A stretch of 64,000 nucleotides of DNA from a virus: the IMG/VR virus record IMGVR_UViG_3300027861_000010. The stretch is one strand, 5' to 3'. Made by a program: the position numbers and the translations under genes. The notes below the pieces were generated by a model. It did not search any database, was not told the DNA's origin, and was given only the letters and a program-made list of their open reading frames with translations. Below, piece by piece: positions 29,809 to 39,062 of the stretch (the first letter of the stretch is position 1; every line of letters begins with the position of its first letter).

Positions 29809-30340
29809 GCACTTTCAGCTGGGGTTTTTGGCTTAGTTCAGGTGCGATTCCTGGACTGAGTCCTTAACGGTCGAGTCTTCCCTCGGCTAAAGGCAAACAA
29901 ACGAGTCCCTCTTTTGTGGGCTCAAGTATTGTTCGCAGGCGGGTTGCCTACTATGCCCGTCTCTAGCTCACTGCGACTCTATCGCATAGTAAATCTCTTT
30001 GACTCTTTGCAGCCCCGTGGCAGGACACCACGGACTGTAGGAAGTGAGTCAAAACAAGCTGGAGTGATGTTCCAGCTGACAATAGTAAACCGTTGCAAGG
30101 CTCTGGTGGCTTAATTCCAGAGAGTCCACTTGCAATCGGAATCCATCCTGTAACCGAACAGCTCGGCTGTAATTTCACGGGGAAGTTCCGTGACGCTGTG
30201 ACCAGCGGACAAGGGCTTCGGCCTGGGTCAACGACACCATGAAACAGCCTCCCCGTGGCGGTGTTGGATAATCAACCAATGTTTCATTCCCTGTTTTTCA
30301 ATAGCCCGGCCAGGTTGCACCACCTGGTCGGGCTTCTCCA
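29795..30340 (+). ncRNA. Candidate large structured non-coding RNA
   Basis: No credible ORF for ~600 nt downstream of a promoter motif. At least nine hairpins with G-U pairs and a UUCG loop (coordinates in findings). Confidence 0.5.
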
Positions 30341-30365
30341 TTGGTGCATTCACAAGGGTATCGTC

Positions 30366-30668
30366 ATGAATACGATCAAGTCTCTCTTGCAGTTGGTTAT
30401 CAATGTTTCCGTTTGTGCGTTGATCTGCACCGCGTTGATGTTCACTTTTCTTAACCCTCCGCCCAAGTCTGCCCCGACGATCGGGACGGTCGAGTGGAAG
30501 GAAGACGCTTCCGCTTCAACGCAAGCACTGGCTTGGTCGGCGTTCGCGATGACCAGCTGGAAAGTCAACTCCTTTGGCCCCATCGCGTTGGCTGAAGGTC
30601 AGGTCCCACTGACTAACGAAAAGCTTCGTTTCGTCGGTGTCGGTGGCCGCTGGTACATCGTCGAGTAA
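30366..30668 (+). CDS. Hypothetical membrane-anchored protein
   Basis: Start ATG 30366; N-terminal hydrophobic helix. Confidence 0.55.
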   Translation: MNTIKSLLQLVINVSVCALICTALMFTFLNPPPKSAPTIGTVEWKEDASASTQALAWSAFAMTSWKVNSFGPIALAEGQVPLTNEKLRFVGVGGRWYIVE

Positions 30669-30743
30669 CCTTCAATTCCCATTACGGGCATGCAATGGGG
30701 CATGCCCGTCTCCCTTACACATCTTCTCGAGAGGAAGAAAACG

Positions 30744-31436
30744 ATGAGTGATCAGATTAAGGAGATCGAAGCAACGATCTCGCAGCAGATGCACAAACAA
30801 CTGGCCGCAGTTGGTGGTGAAGTTCGAGGTTCGCGAGCTAAGCGAAACAAGCAGGTGATTCAGGAGGGCAAGTTGTGTTTGGACTTCCTAAACATCTGCC
30901 TGAGTTACGGGCGTACGCGTACGGCTATTTTGTCGTACGCAAAGTCCCACATGGGGATGACAGCAGGACTGTTCGACAAGATGTGCAACATCGGTCGGTA
31001 CATGGTTGGACCGCCATCTCAACCAGCGATCAATCCGAAGCTGCTGCCATTCTGCGACCCAGCGGTGTTCCTGTACATCGCTCGATTGCCGGAAGAGGAG
31101 ATCCCGGGAAAAGACGGTGCCTTGCGTGCTTACACCGATGCGATTTGGTCGCACATGGAAAAGCGACACGGCGTTTACCTGCGTGGAAAGATTGTTGACC
31201 TGGCCACCTACCGTTGGACTGAGTGGCACAGACGATACGTCCAGCGTAAGCAGCAGGACAGTGCTGAAAATGCCGTGCAATGTCGTACTGGCAGGATCGA
31301 AGCCAAGGATGCAACCTGCGGTGACGTCACGATCACGTTCAAAGTGATTGGGGCTGTCGGTAAGAAACCAACGGCTGCTCAGGCTCGAAAAGCCGTCAAC
31401 TGTTTGTTCAACAAAGGTGAGATCGTTTTTGACTAA
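30744..31436 (+). CDS. Hypothetical protein
   Basis: Start ATG 30744 after GAGGA. Confidence 0.65.
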   Translation: MSDQIKEIEATISQQMHKQLAAVGGEVRGSRAKRNKQVIQEGKLCLDFLNICLSYGRTRTAILSYAKSHMGMTAGLFDKMCNIGRYMVGPPSQPAINPKLLPFCDPAVFLYIARLPEEEIPGKDGALRAYTDAIWSHMEKRHGVYLRGKIVDLATYRWTEWHRRYVQRKQQDSAENAVQCRTGRIEAKDATCGDVTITFKVIGAVGKKPTAAQARKAVNCLFNKGEIVFD

Positions 31437-31448
31437 AGGAGAAATACA

Positions 31449-31622
31449 ATGCGTCGGATCGCATTTATTATTGGTGTGACTTTACTGTTGTCCGGTTGCG
31501 TGAGTCCCTCACACAAGCAGACGTTGTCAATCGCATCGCAGGTTAGAGGCATGGAGCTTCGAGACCTGCAAACCTCTCCAGGTACAGCTGAATGTGGCTG
31601 CACCTATTCCGTAACCTGGTAG
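31449..31622 (+). CDS. Small lipoprotein (57 aa; absent from the ORF track)
   Basis: MRRIAFIIGVTLLLSGC signal peptide II with lipobox LSGC; AAGGAG RBS. Confidence 0.65.
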   Translation: MRRIAFIIGVTLLLSGCVSPSHKQTLSIASQVRGMELRDLQTSPGTAECGCTYSVTW

Positions 31623-31659
31623 CGGCCTTCGCCACTGCCACCATTTGAAGGAGTCTATT

Positions 31660-31935
31660 ATGGCTAACTTTATCTCGATTGCCGAGTCGGCAAATCTGGA
31701 TTTCGAGGCTCGTTTGGCATTGAACCGTTGGGGGGCTTACGCTGAACGCGGTCGCAACCTGCAGGCTGAGCCCGCGACATTGAAGTTGTTCCAGCCGGAA
31801 CCGGAAGTTCCAGCGGAAGTTGGTATGCACGAGTTGATCAGTGACGAGTTCACTCCGGAAGAGCTCGTTGAGATGTTCAATCGTGAACCCCTGGTCATCG
31901 ACTGGGACGAACACCAGGAGAAGGCGTACGCTTAA
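31660..31935 (+). CDS. Hypothetical protein
   Basis: ATG 31660 after AAGGAG. Confidence 0.6.
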   Translation: MANFISIAESANLDFEARLALNRWGAYAERGRNLQAEPATLKLFQPEPEVPAEVGMHELISDEFTPEELVEMFNREPLVIDWDEHQEKAYA

Positions 31936-32010
31936 CTGCGGCGTACGTCCTGGGCAGGACACAAAACTGCCCTTCTATTACAACCACACACTTCAAGAGG
32001 AAGTAATAAC

Positions 32011-32205
32011 ATGCTCGTACTATCGAGAAAACGAGACGAGAAACTTACCTTAACTGTACCGCCAAGCGATCAACCCACCATAATCGAAGTAACCGTGGTG
32101 GAGGTGCAAAAGTCGAAGGTTCGTCTCGGAATGCAAGCCCCCAAAGAAGTCGCGATCGCTCGCAACGAATTGTCGACTGGTGGTCGGCTTATCAAGACGG
32201 GGTAG
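32011..32205 (+). CDS. csrA: Carbon storage regulator CsrA/RsmA homolog
   Basis: MLVLSRKRDE...IEVTVVEVQKSKVRLGMQAPKEVAIARNEL is the canonical CsrA pattern. Confidence 0.9.
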   Translation: MLVLSRKRDEKLTLTVPPSDQPTIIEVTVVEVQKSKVRLGMQAPKEVAIARNELSTGGRLIKTG

Positions 32206-32450
32206 CCCGTTGGTCACATTAGGTGATTTTGATGAACGATGAACAGCAATCAAATTGCTCTCACGTTTGTCTTAATTCACCTGATGGGGCCGAGAACTTG
32301 CGTGGGATCCTCCTTGGGGTTCTCACGCTTCTCTTTACCTATTGGAGAAGGAGGTACAATTGGTCGACCGCTTATTGGAAATCCTGTTGGTTTTCCTTAT
32401 GATTGACGGGACGTGTTTACTCGCAGCAACTCTTTTTGGAAGAATGACAC

Positions 32451-32780
32451 ATGGCCGTAGAAGCAATCGAAGTCAAACTCGACGGCGACGGAAGTCGCGG
32501 TAGCGTACTCATTGAATCAGATCTGCCGGAACTTTCCGCACAGATCGAAGAACTTGGCTCAGCTAAGGCTCGTGAGCATGTGCTCATGGCTGCGGTCAAG
32601 GAAGGCATCAAAGGACAGCCTGGCATCTCCAGAACGGTGGAACCAGCCTATCCGCTCAATTCGTCCGGCGAGACGATTGAGAACCTCAAAGGAGAAGATG
32701 GTGAGCCCTTGCCGCCCACTTCCCCGCGAATGCAACCCCAGAAGTACCGAGCACGGTACGAGGTGACAGCTCGCCAATGA
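32451..32780 (+). CDS. Hypothetical protein
   Basis: 109-aa ORF, coupled to the next gene. Confidence 0.6.
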   Translation: MAVEAIEVKLDGDGSRGSVLIESDLPELSAQIEELGSAKAREHVLMAAVKEGIKGQPGISRTVEPAYPLNSSGETIENLKGEDGEPLPPTSPRMQPQKYRARYEVTARQ

Positions 32781-33217
32781 CCACAGAACTCGTCGTTCTG
32801 AACGAAGCAGCCGTCCAGCGGCTTAAAAAGGCTGTGAAAACTGATTCAGACCTGGTGGTTTGGGTCGGTGACTGGCTTTCGCATTTGAATCTGTTCTCTG
32901 ACGCACAGATATACGATATCCTTAGGTTTGTTCAGCCGCAGGTTGAGGAGTTCGAGAAGCAGGTCTCAGACGGAGTCGATCGACAGATAGCCACCTTGGT
33001 CGTCTGCGATTCTCGTTGGGTTTCCTTTACGAACATACCCATGTTCTGGGACACTGAGGTTTCGGACATGATCCCCGAACTCGGAAATTATGCAGTGACT
33101 CACATCATGTGTGATGTGGCTGCCCTGCGAGCCAGAATGCTCTACCGACAAGGACGTTTCAATGCAAAACCAGACCGCGACTCGGATACTGCAACACTTC
33201 ACGAAGCAAAGCAGTAG
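32777..33217 (+). CDS. Hypothetical protein
   Basis: 146-aa ORF, ATGA overlap with the previous stop. Confidence 0.6.
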   Translation: MTTELVVLNEAAVQRLKKAVKTDSDLVVWVGDWLSHLNLFSDAQIYDILRFVQPQVEEFEKQVSDGVDRQIATLVVCDSRWVSFTNIPMFWDTEVSDMIPELGNYAVTHIMCDVAALRARMLYRQGRFNAKPDRDSDTATLHEAKQ

Positions 33218-33926
33218 CCAGCTGAGCGGGGTAGCCCCGAAGACCATTCATCGAGCAATGTTGCTCTCTGAGGACACCTTCACGACCCCCTTATTCTTGT
33301 TGCTGATGGACCGTTACGGACTCGAAGCCCTTCAGTGGGCACCCGAAACGATTCGACGTGAGCTGGAAGATGACTTTCAACTTCAGCTTCCGAAGTACAC
33401 GCTTGATAAACTCATGGCCGCAATCAGCATCGTCACGACCAACTACTTCTATAAAGATGTGACGAGATTCATTGAGCTGTGCAACATCCTGGCCGGTGAT
33501 GAATTTCAACCGGACGAATTCGAGCCCGCTGACGCGAGCGAGATTTTACTGGCTATGACGGAAGCCCTCCTGTTATGGCCGCCTGACGAAGACTCTGAAG
33601 ACACTGAATTTTCAGAGGAAATACGCGAGTACATCAGTCAGGTGCTCCAAGATGAGGGCATCATTAAACCGTTTGACATACTGCGGCTGGCCTTTGACAA
33701 TGATCAAGGTCCTATTGTTGATGCAGAGTACGCCGATGACCCTGAAATGTTCGCGGCGATCTACGACACCCAGCAAAGCAAACAGAACGATATGCAAGCA
33801 ATGCTGATGGAAAACGTAGGGGCTTTGACGCAACAATTGCGATTGTTACCATTGAAGAACGGTCAAGCTTCGGCTGTAATCGAACAGCTGCACGGACTGG
33901 TAAATCGGGCTAACGCGGCCCAGTAA
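33162..33926 (+). CDS. Acidic hypothetical phage protein
   Basis: Start likely ATG 33162; helical, acidic. Confidence 0.65.
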   Translation: MQNQTATRILQHFTKQSSSQLSGVAPKTIHRAMLLSEDTFTTPLFLLLMDRYGLEALQWAPETIRRELEDDFQLQLPKYTLDKLMAAISIVTTNYFYKDVTRFIELCNILAGDEFQPDEFEPADASEILLAMTEALLLWPPDEDSEDTEFSEEIREYISQVLQDEGIIKPFDILRLAFDNDQGPIVDAEYADDPEMFAAIYDTQQSKQNDMQAMLMENVGALTQQLRLLPLKNGQASAVIEQLHGLVNRANAAQ

Positions 33927-33946
33927 TTAACTCTAAGGAGAATTAG

Positions 33947-34327
33947 ATGCGTACTATTTTGATGGCCCTGGTGCTTGGCCTACTTTGCACCAATTTCGCT
34001 TTCGCACAGCCTGAGGTGATTAAGACCGCCACGGCCCCGCCCGCTCCCCCGACTCTGGAAAGCGTGGTGCAGGATGCAACCCCGGCTCCAGTTGTCGCCG
34101 CCCCAGCTCCCGCAGTGGTTGTCGAACAAGCTGCTGCGGCCCCTGTCTGTGTCAACGGACAATGCAGGATTCAGCCGATCCGGACCTTGGTAGTCAAACC
34201 AATTGCCAACGTCATGGGCAACACGGTTGAAAGGGTTCAACAGGTGCGATGCAATGTGCGGCAAAGGACTCAGTGTCGAGTACAGCGAGTTCGCGTACGA
34301 CTCTTCCAACGAAGGTGTTGTCGCTGA
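33947..34327 (+). CDS. Secreted Ala/Pro-rich, Cys/Arg-tailed small protein (Planctomycete-style)
   Basis: Signal peptide MRTILMALVLGLLCTNFAFA; CVNGQC and RVRLFQRRCCR ending; AAGGAG RBS. Confidence 0.7.
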   Translation: MRTILMALVLGLLCTNFAFAQPEVIKTATAPPAPPTLESVVQDATPAPVVAAPAPAVVVEQAAAAPVCVNGQCRIQPIRTLVVKPIANVMGNTVERVQQVRCNVRQRTQCRVQRVRVRLFQRRCCR

Positions 34328-34356
34328 CTTCAACCCCCAACGGAATTTTATTCGCT

Positions 34357-34388
34357 AAGGATCGGCACAATCGTGTCGGTCCTTTTTT
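34357..34388 (+). terminator. Rho-independent terminator
   Basis: AAGGATCGGCAC-AATC-GTGTCGGTCCTT followed by a T-tract. Confidence 0.65.
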
Positions 34389-34408
34389 CGTTTTATAAAG
34401 GAAGACTC

Positions 34409-35119
34409 ATGTCACATGTGGACAGCGGTTTCTGCGTTACGGACATCGCAGCCCTGGCATTGACCGTTAAAGAACAATGCCCTGACCTTGAACTGGTCAA
34501 ACAAAAGTCATACCGCACCTGGATTGCGGACCACGGTCGCCTCGTTGGCGATTACCCGTTGCCGGGCATCTACCAAATCAAACTGATGGCGGCACTGAAG
34601 CGACAGGACATCGACGTACACGCTCGTGCCGCGGCACAAGGTGTCGAACTGCCCAAGAATCTCCTCGACTTGGAGAAGCAGCCTTGGGACCTGGCTACAC
34701 AGAAGAAGCTTTTCCAGGATGCGACATTCAAGAAAGGTTACGAGAAGATCTGCCAGGATGTTGTCGGTAAAGATGCTGAGTACGTCATCAAGTACAAGGC
34801 AGGCAAAGGCAATAAAGGTGCTTACGAGATCGGACTTGTGCCACACCCTGTCAACAAGGGTGAGTACGTGATGATGGCCGACTTCTACGCACAGGGTAAT
34901 GGCATCCTGGAAGCCGCGGGCGTAGGTAAACATGTCCGCAAAGGTCCCAAGGACACCTGGGGCGGTGAACTTAAGCAAGCGTACGCTGTCAAGGCTGCTG
35001 AGCGGAAGATCATCGGTGAGATCCAGGCTGGGAACCCTGAGTTCGGTAGCTACAAAAAGGTGACTTTGCCCGACGGTCGGGTGAAAATTGAAGTGACACC
35101 TCGTGGAGGGAACGTGTAA
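34409..35119 (+). CDS. DUF1257 (Ycf35)-like protein with internal insertion
   Basis: MSHV...VTDIAALALTV N-terminus; YEIGLV...MMADFY...LKQAYAVKAA C-terminus; adjacent to DUF2997-like and AAA genes. Confidence 0.55.
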   Translation: MSHVDSGFCVTDIAALALTVKEQCPDLELVKQKSYRTWIADHGRLVGDYPLPGIYQIKLMAALKRQDIDVHARAAAQGVELPKNLLDLEKQPWDLATQKKLFQDATFKKGYEKICQDVVGKDAEYVIKYKAGKGNKGAYEIGLVPHPVNKGEYVMMADFYAQGNGILEAAGVGKHVRKGPKDTWGGELKQAYAVKAAERKIIGEIQAGNPEFGSYKKVTLPDGRVKIEVTPRGGNV

Positions 35120-35316
35120 TGACCGGACGCAAAATCGAAATCACGATCGACACCGAAGGGGAAACCACAGTTGAAGCCATCGGCTACAAAGGCGGTAAGT
35201 GCATGCAGGCAACTGCCCCACTGACTAAGGCCCTGATCGGAACTCCCACCACGCACATGAAAAAGCCCGACTACTATCAGGGCGACCACGCAACCAAAGT
35301 GAGAGAGACGGAATGA
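35119..35316 (+). CDS. DUF2997-like protein
   Basis: KIEITIDTEGETTVEAIGYKGGKCMQATAPLTKALIG...KKPDYY. Confidence 0.7.
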   Translation: MTGRKIEITIDTEGETTVEAIGYKGGKCMQATAPLTKALIGTPTTHMKKPDYYQGDHATKVRETE

Positions 35317-35594
35317 ACAAACCTGAATTGCAGCAGCGTATCCAAGATGCGTTGCCGCAAATGCGAGACGAAGACTTCGACTATCACGCCACGGATCTCT
35401 ATGTGCGGGCTCGTCCCGGCCTAGTTCGGTGGTTGATTCAAAATTACGAGTTCTGGACCAACGTGACCCGCTTCACATGCAAGGTCAATGATCCGGAGCT
35501 TCAAAGGCTGGGGGTGCGTGAGCTGTGGCTCGACATCCCTTTCGCTGGTTACTGGCCCAATGACAAGAAAGTGAAAAAACATGAGCACAACTGA
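35313..35594 (+). CDS. Hypothetical phage protein
   Basis: 93 aa, DYHATDLYV motif, translationally coupled. Confidence 0.6.
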   Translation: MNKPELQQRIQDALPQMRDEDFDYHATDLYVRARPGLVRWLIQNYEFWTNVTRFTCKVNDPELQRLGVRELWLDIPFAGYWPNDKKVKKHEHN

Positions 35595-37437
35595 AAAACT
35601 GACCGGCTACTTTTACAGTGGCCAAGCTGGCTTGGTGTTGACGAGCGTCGAGCCTGAAGAGTGCTTGCAAGAGCTGGCCGAGACCGCCCGGGCCTCCCAA
35701 GGTACGGATGAGCCGTACGAATTGGCCTTCTGGGACTGTGCAGACGGTCTCACGGACATGTACGGCAACACCATGTCGATTGGCGAAGGAGACGTTCCTG
35801 ACGAGGACCTGGCCGCTCTGGGGCTCACAGGTGGGCAATCCCAGAAGCTCGGACTTCACGAGACGCTGGAGACGGTGCTGGGAACGGCTCGTCAGCGTCA
35901 GTACCGTGAAGAGACTGGTGAGATGGATGAGGGCGACGATACCATGCGTATCCTCGTCATCCGCAACTTTGACCGGCACTTGTGTCCTTCTGGACCCCAA
36001 GGGCCGGTGGATGCTGCTTTGCTGATGCTGGCACAGAAGATCGTCAACGAAGGTCAGGGCACCAAGGTGTTCCTGATCATGCAGACCACTCCAGGATTCG
36101 AGCTGCCACCTGAACTGGCTGAGCACTGTGAGTACATCGAGCACGATCTGCCGGAAAGCGAAGAGCGACTGAGCATCATCACCGACCTTGGTGTTGAGTT
36201 GGAGAGTGCCGACAAGAAGGTGCTGGAAGCAACTGCAGGATTGTCCCGAGCCAAGACAGCTCAGTACGTTGCCGAGACGCTGGCATCCTTTGGTTACCTG
36301 AACCCCATGGCCGTCTTCAAGAAGAAGGCATTGCACCTGGGTCGCAGCTCCAAGCTGGCTGTCTGGTCTCCGGACTTCGTGGAACGTGTCAAGCTGTGGC
36401 CTTCACCAAAGGTTGAAGAACTGGCCGGAGCCACCGACGTGAACGTCATTCACGAAGAGACTCACATCAACAACCGTGAGTTGGGTGAAGATGAAGTCCG
36501 TGCTCGTCTTCAGTACATCGAAGGCGACAAGATGGTTGAGCGTTGGTTGGATCCGATGCCAAAGGCTGAGTTTGAGAAGCTGTACCGACCTGACCGGGAC
36601 TTCTACTCGTTCAAGTCCGTCATCGGGCTGGATGGTCTCAAGGAGTTCTTGTCGAACGGCTTCCGTGAGAATGTGCCTTTGCGTGCTCGACTGAAGCACA
36701 TCCTGATGCTTGGCGTTCCAGGTACAGGCAAGAGTCACATGATGCGTTGCACCAGTGGTGAGTTCAGCGAGCCGATCTGTGAGATGCAGGTCGATCAGCT
36801 GTACTCCAAATGGCTGGGCGACACCGACAAGATTCTCGCTCGTATGTTGCGTACCGCTGGAATGATCGGCGGCATCCTGGCCATCGACGAGTTTCAGCGG
36901 TTCCTTCCCAAGTCGGGAGGAGACACTGAAGGCAGCGGCGTGGAGAATCGAATGGGTGGCTCCATTCTGACGTGGTTGAATGACCAGAACAGCAACCTGG
37001 TCATGTCGGCTGCTAACAACATCAGCAACTTGCCTGACGAGTTCACTCGATCTGGTCGTTGCGATGTCACGATGTTCGTTGGTTTCCCTGGTCAAGCCGC
37101 CAAGGAAGCAGCGTGGAAGATGTACATTCGGATCCACGAACTGGAAGATCAGGAGTTGCCGCAGGACGAGTACTGGACTCCTGCTGACATCATGAACTGC
37201 TGCCGTCTGGCTGAGCAACAACGAGAAACGTTGAAGCGTTCGGCTCGTTTCGTGACACCCAGTTACGAGAAGAACCGCAAACAGATGGACACGTTGATGG
37301 AGTGGGCTGAAGGTGCCGGTTGCGTCTGTGCTGAGACCGGTGAACGCTTTGTGCATCCACGCAAAGTGAAAGCTGTCAGTTCGACACCGAAGAAGGTCAC
37401 CCGCAAGGTCCGCGGCAAGAAGGAAACCGATGGGTAA
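35581..37437 (+). CDS. AAA+ ATPase, Ycf46-like
   Basis: Walker A GVPGTGKS, Walker B ILAIDE, sensor SAANNI, arginine finger RSGRCD; degenerate N-terminal AAA-like domain. Confidence 0.85.
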   Translation: MSTTEKLTGYFYSGQAGLVLTSVEPEECLQELAETARASQGTDEPYELAFWDCADGLTDMYGNTMSIGEGDVPDEDLAALGLTGGQSQKLGLHETLETVLGTARQRQYREETGEMDEGDDTMRILVIRNFDRHLCPSGPQGPVDAALLMLAQKIVNEGQGTKVFLIMQTTPGFELPPELAEHCEYIEHDLPESEERLSIITDLGVELESADKKVLEATAGLSRAKTAQYVAETLASFGYLNPMAVFKKKALHLGRSSKLAVWSPDFVERVKLWPSPKVEELAGATDVNVIHEETHINNRELGEDEVRARLQYIEGDKMVERWLDPMPKAEFEKLYRPDRDFYSFKSVIGLDGLKEFLSNGFRENVPLRARLKHILMLGVPGTGKSHMMRCTSGEFSEPICEMQVDQLYSKWLGDTDKILARMLRTAGMIGGILAIDEFQRFLPKSGGDTEGSGVENRMGGSILTWLNDQNSNLVMSAANNISNLPDEFTRSGRCDVTMFVGFPGQAAKEAAWKMYIRIHELEDQELPQDEYWTPADIMNCCRLAEQQRETLKRSARFVTPSYEKNRKQMDTLMEWAEGAGCVCAETGERFVHPRKVKAVSSTPKKVTRKVRGKKETDG

Positions 37438-37786
37438 CAGGCTGATACGCAAGGGACGAAAGTTCATTGAGTATTGCATCTGCCCAAACGCCGGGAATCA
37501 CGGGGAGGCTACCAAAGTTCGCTTTGGTCCTCGTGACCGGTGGGTGGGTGACCACTATTGGCAATTCGTCCGCGAATATGAGCCCTCTCGAAAAGAGAGG
37601 GCTTTTTTATTGATGTCTCGGCTCGAGAACCGTGGCCGCACCGATTCGCTGCCGTACCAGGTAGCTCGTTGTGTGGTGCTCACGGCAATGGGGTACGGAG
37701 ACATCGCTCAATTACATTTCAAACAGTGGAGGGAAAAACGTGGATCAAATGACACTGGAGTTCACCGAGAGTCAGGTCAAAGCTGA
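37430..37786 (+). CDS. Hypothetical protein
   Basis: 118 aa, coupled to the ATPase. Confidence 0.55.
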   Translation: MGNRLIRKGRKFIEYCICPNAGNHGEATKVRFGPRDRWVGDHYWQFVREYEPSRKERAFLLMSRLENRGRTDSLPYQVARCVVLTAMGYGDIAQLHFKQWREKRGSNDTGVHRESGQS

Positions 37787-39062
37787 CGGGGAGGTTATTT
37801 TGGATGCAGAAAAGAAAGTCCCGAAGCCGGAAAACCAGGTCACTTACTGCACCGTGAAGTTCACGGTCGGTTGGCTTCCTGGTTCAGTCGGTTTCACTGA
37901 TGCGGCCAAGTCGGCCTTGGCTGCCGCCCGTGGGACGGACAAGAAAGCGATCCGCGGATCGTATGCGATTTTGGGTGCGTCCCGGGATCCACTCATCAAA
38001 GAGGGTGCCGCCCTCAAGCGATTGCTGTCGGCAGTTCGTGACGAGTACACCATTCCGGAGTACACGCTGCGAGCCTCGGCCAACAGCTCAGAAGAGAAGC
38101 CTGAAAAGGTCAAGGGCAGCCACCTGATCGAGTCGATCCGCATTGAGGAGTTCCTCAAGCGGTTCAATGAGTTTCGGCAGCAGTACCTGGCCTGGGGCAA
38201 ACGGGTTGCCGAGGCTGGCAATTACAACCGCATCCGTTCAGCGGATCAGGAAGCCTTGAGCAAGGACTGGGAGATTGTTGAGAAGCGATATCCCAGTGCA
38301 GCTCAAATGGCGGACAGCGTGGCCTGCGATCAACCGAAGATCGAGCCCTTTGACGCCAGCTTCACGTTGGCTGACGTTGCTCCTGAGACGTCCAAGATGC
38401 TGCGAGAGCAAGCTGAGGCTCGTTTGGCTGCATCTGTCGAGGGAGCGACCGCTGAGCTGGTCCTGGAGTTCAAGGACATGGTGGAAGCCGTGGCCCGTAA
38501 CTGCGGCAAGCGGATTCGTCTGCTGCCTCCGATGGGGCCGAAGCAAGACCTGCGTCATGCTGAGGTGATGCAGATCCTACGAACCAAGGACACTGAAGAA
38601 GTGCCCGAAGGTTCCCTGCTCATCACGGTCCAACGGGCCAAGCCCAAGGACGACAATTCCGATCGCTTCATCAACATCGGCAAGAAGGAAGACATGCTGC
38701 TGACTGAAGCGGAGTACAAGGAGCTGCGTCCTTACGAAACCGAGGAGTATCGTCAGTTGGCTCAGTCCAGCTTCGATAACCTGCTGTGGCTGGCTAAGAA
38801 GATATCCACAATCAAGAGCATGCTCGGAAATGATTGCGGAGTCGATGACCTAACGTGTCTCGCCCAGGAGGTAGAATCCACTCTGGGTGAACTTGGCGGT
38901 TCGGCTTCGGCCATCACTCAAGAGCTGAAGGGATCTGGCTATGCTCGTAGCATGGCGAAGCAGACCTTCAACGGTTTCTTCAGTCGCCTTCAGGATCAGG
39001 AGCTGGAGATCAAGAAACGCAGCCGTACGCGGCGGAAGATCAAGGTCGGAGGCAATGGATAA
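37749..39062 (+). CDS. Hypothetical protein, possibly DUF3150-like
   Basis: Start ATG 37749; helical, RYPSA...F pattern; follows the AAA ATPase as DUF3150 genes often do. Confidence 0.5.
   Translation: MTLEFTESQVKADGEVILDAEKKVPKPENQVTYCTVKFTVGWLPGSVGFTDAAKSALAAARGTDKKAIRGSYAILGASRDPLIKEGAALKRLLSAVRDEYTIPEYTLRASANSSEEKPEKVKGSHLIESIRIEEFLKRFNEFRQQYLAWGKRVAEAGNYNRIRSADQEALSKDWEIVEKRYPSAAQMADSVACDQPKIEPFDASFTLADVAPETSKMLREQAEARLAASVEGATAELVLEFKDMVEAVARNCGKRIRLLPPMGPKQDLRHAEVMQILRTKDTEEVPEGSLLITVQRAKPKDDNSDRFINIGKKEDMLLTEAEYKELRPYETEEYRQLAQSSFDNLLWLAKKISTIKSMLGNDCGVDDLTCLAQEVESTLGELGGSASAITQELKGSGYARSMAKQTFNGFFSRLQDQELEIKKRSRTRRKIKVGGNG

Noticed and set aside
29795-30340. Complete tRNA or tmRNA genes
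   Set aside because: Only an isolated T-loop-like minihelix was seen; no cloverleaf, CCA end or tag ORF was recognised. No tRNA was noticed elsewhere by eye, though a scan was not possible.
36403-37479. 358-aa antisense ORF opposite the AAA ATPase (likewise 51955-52728 and 7821-8534)
   Set aside because: Shadow ORFs fully overlapping well-supported genes, with no motifs.
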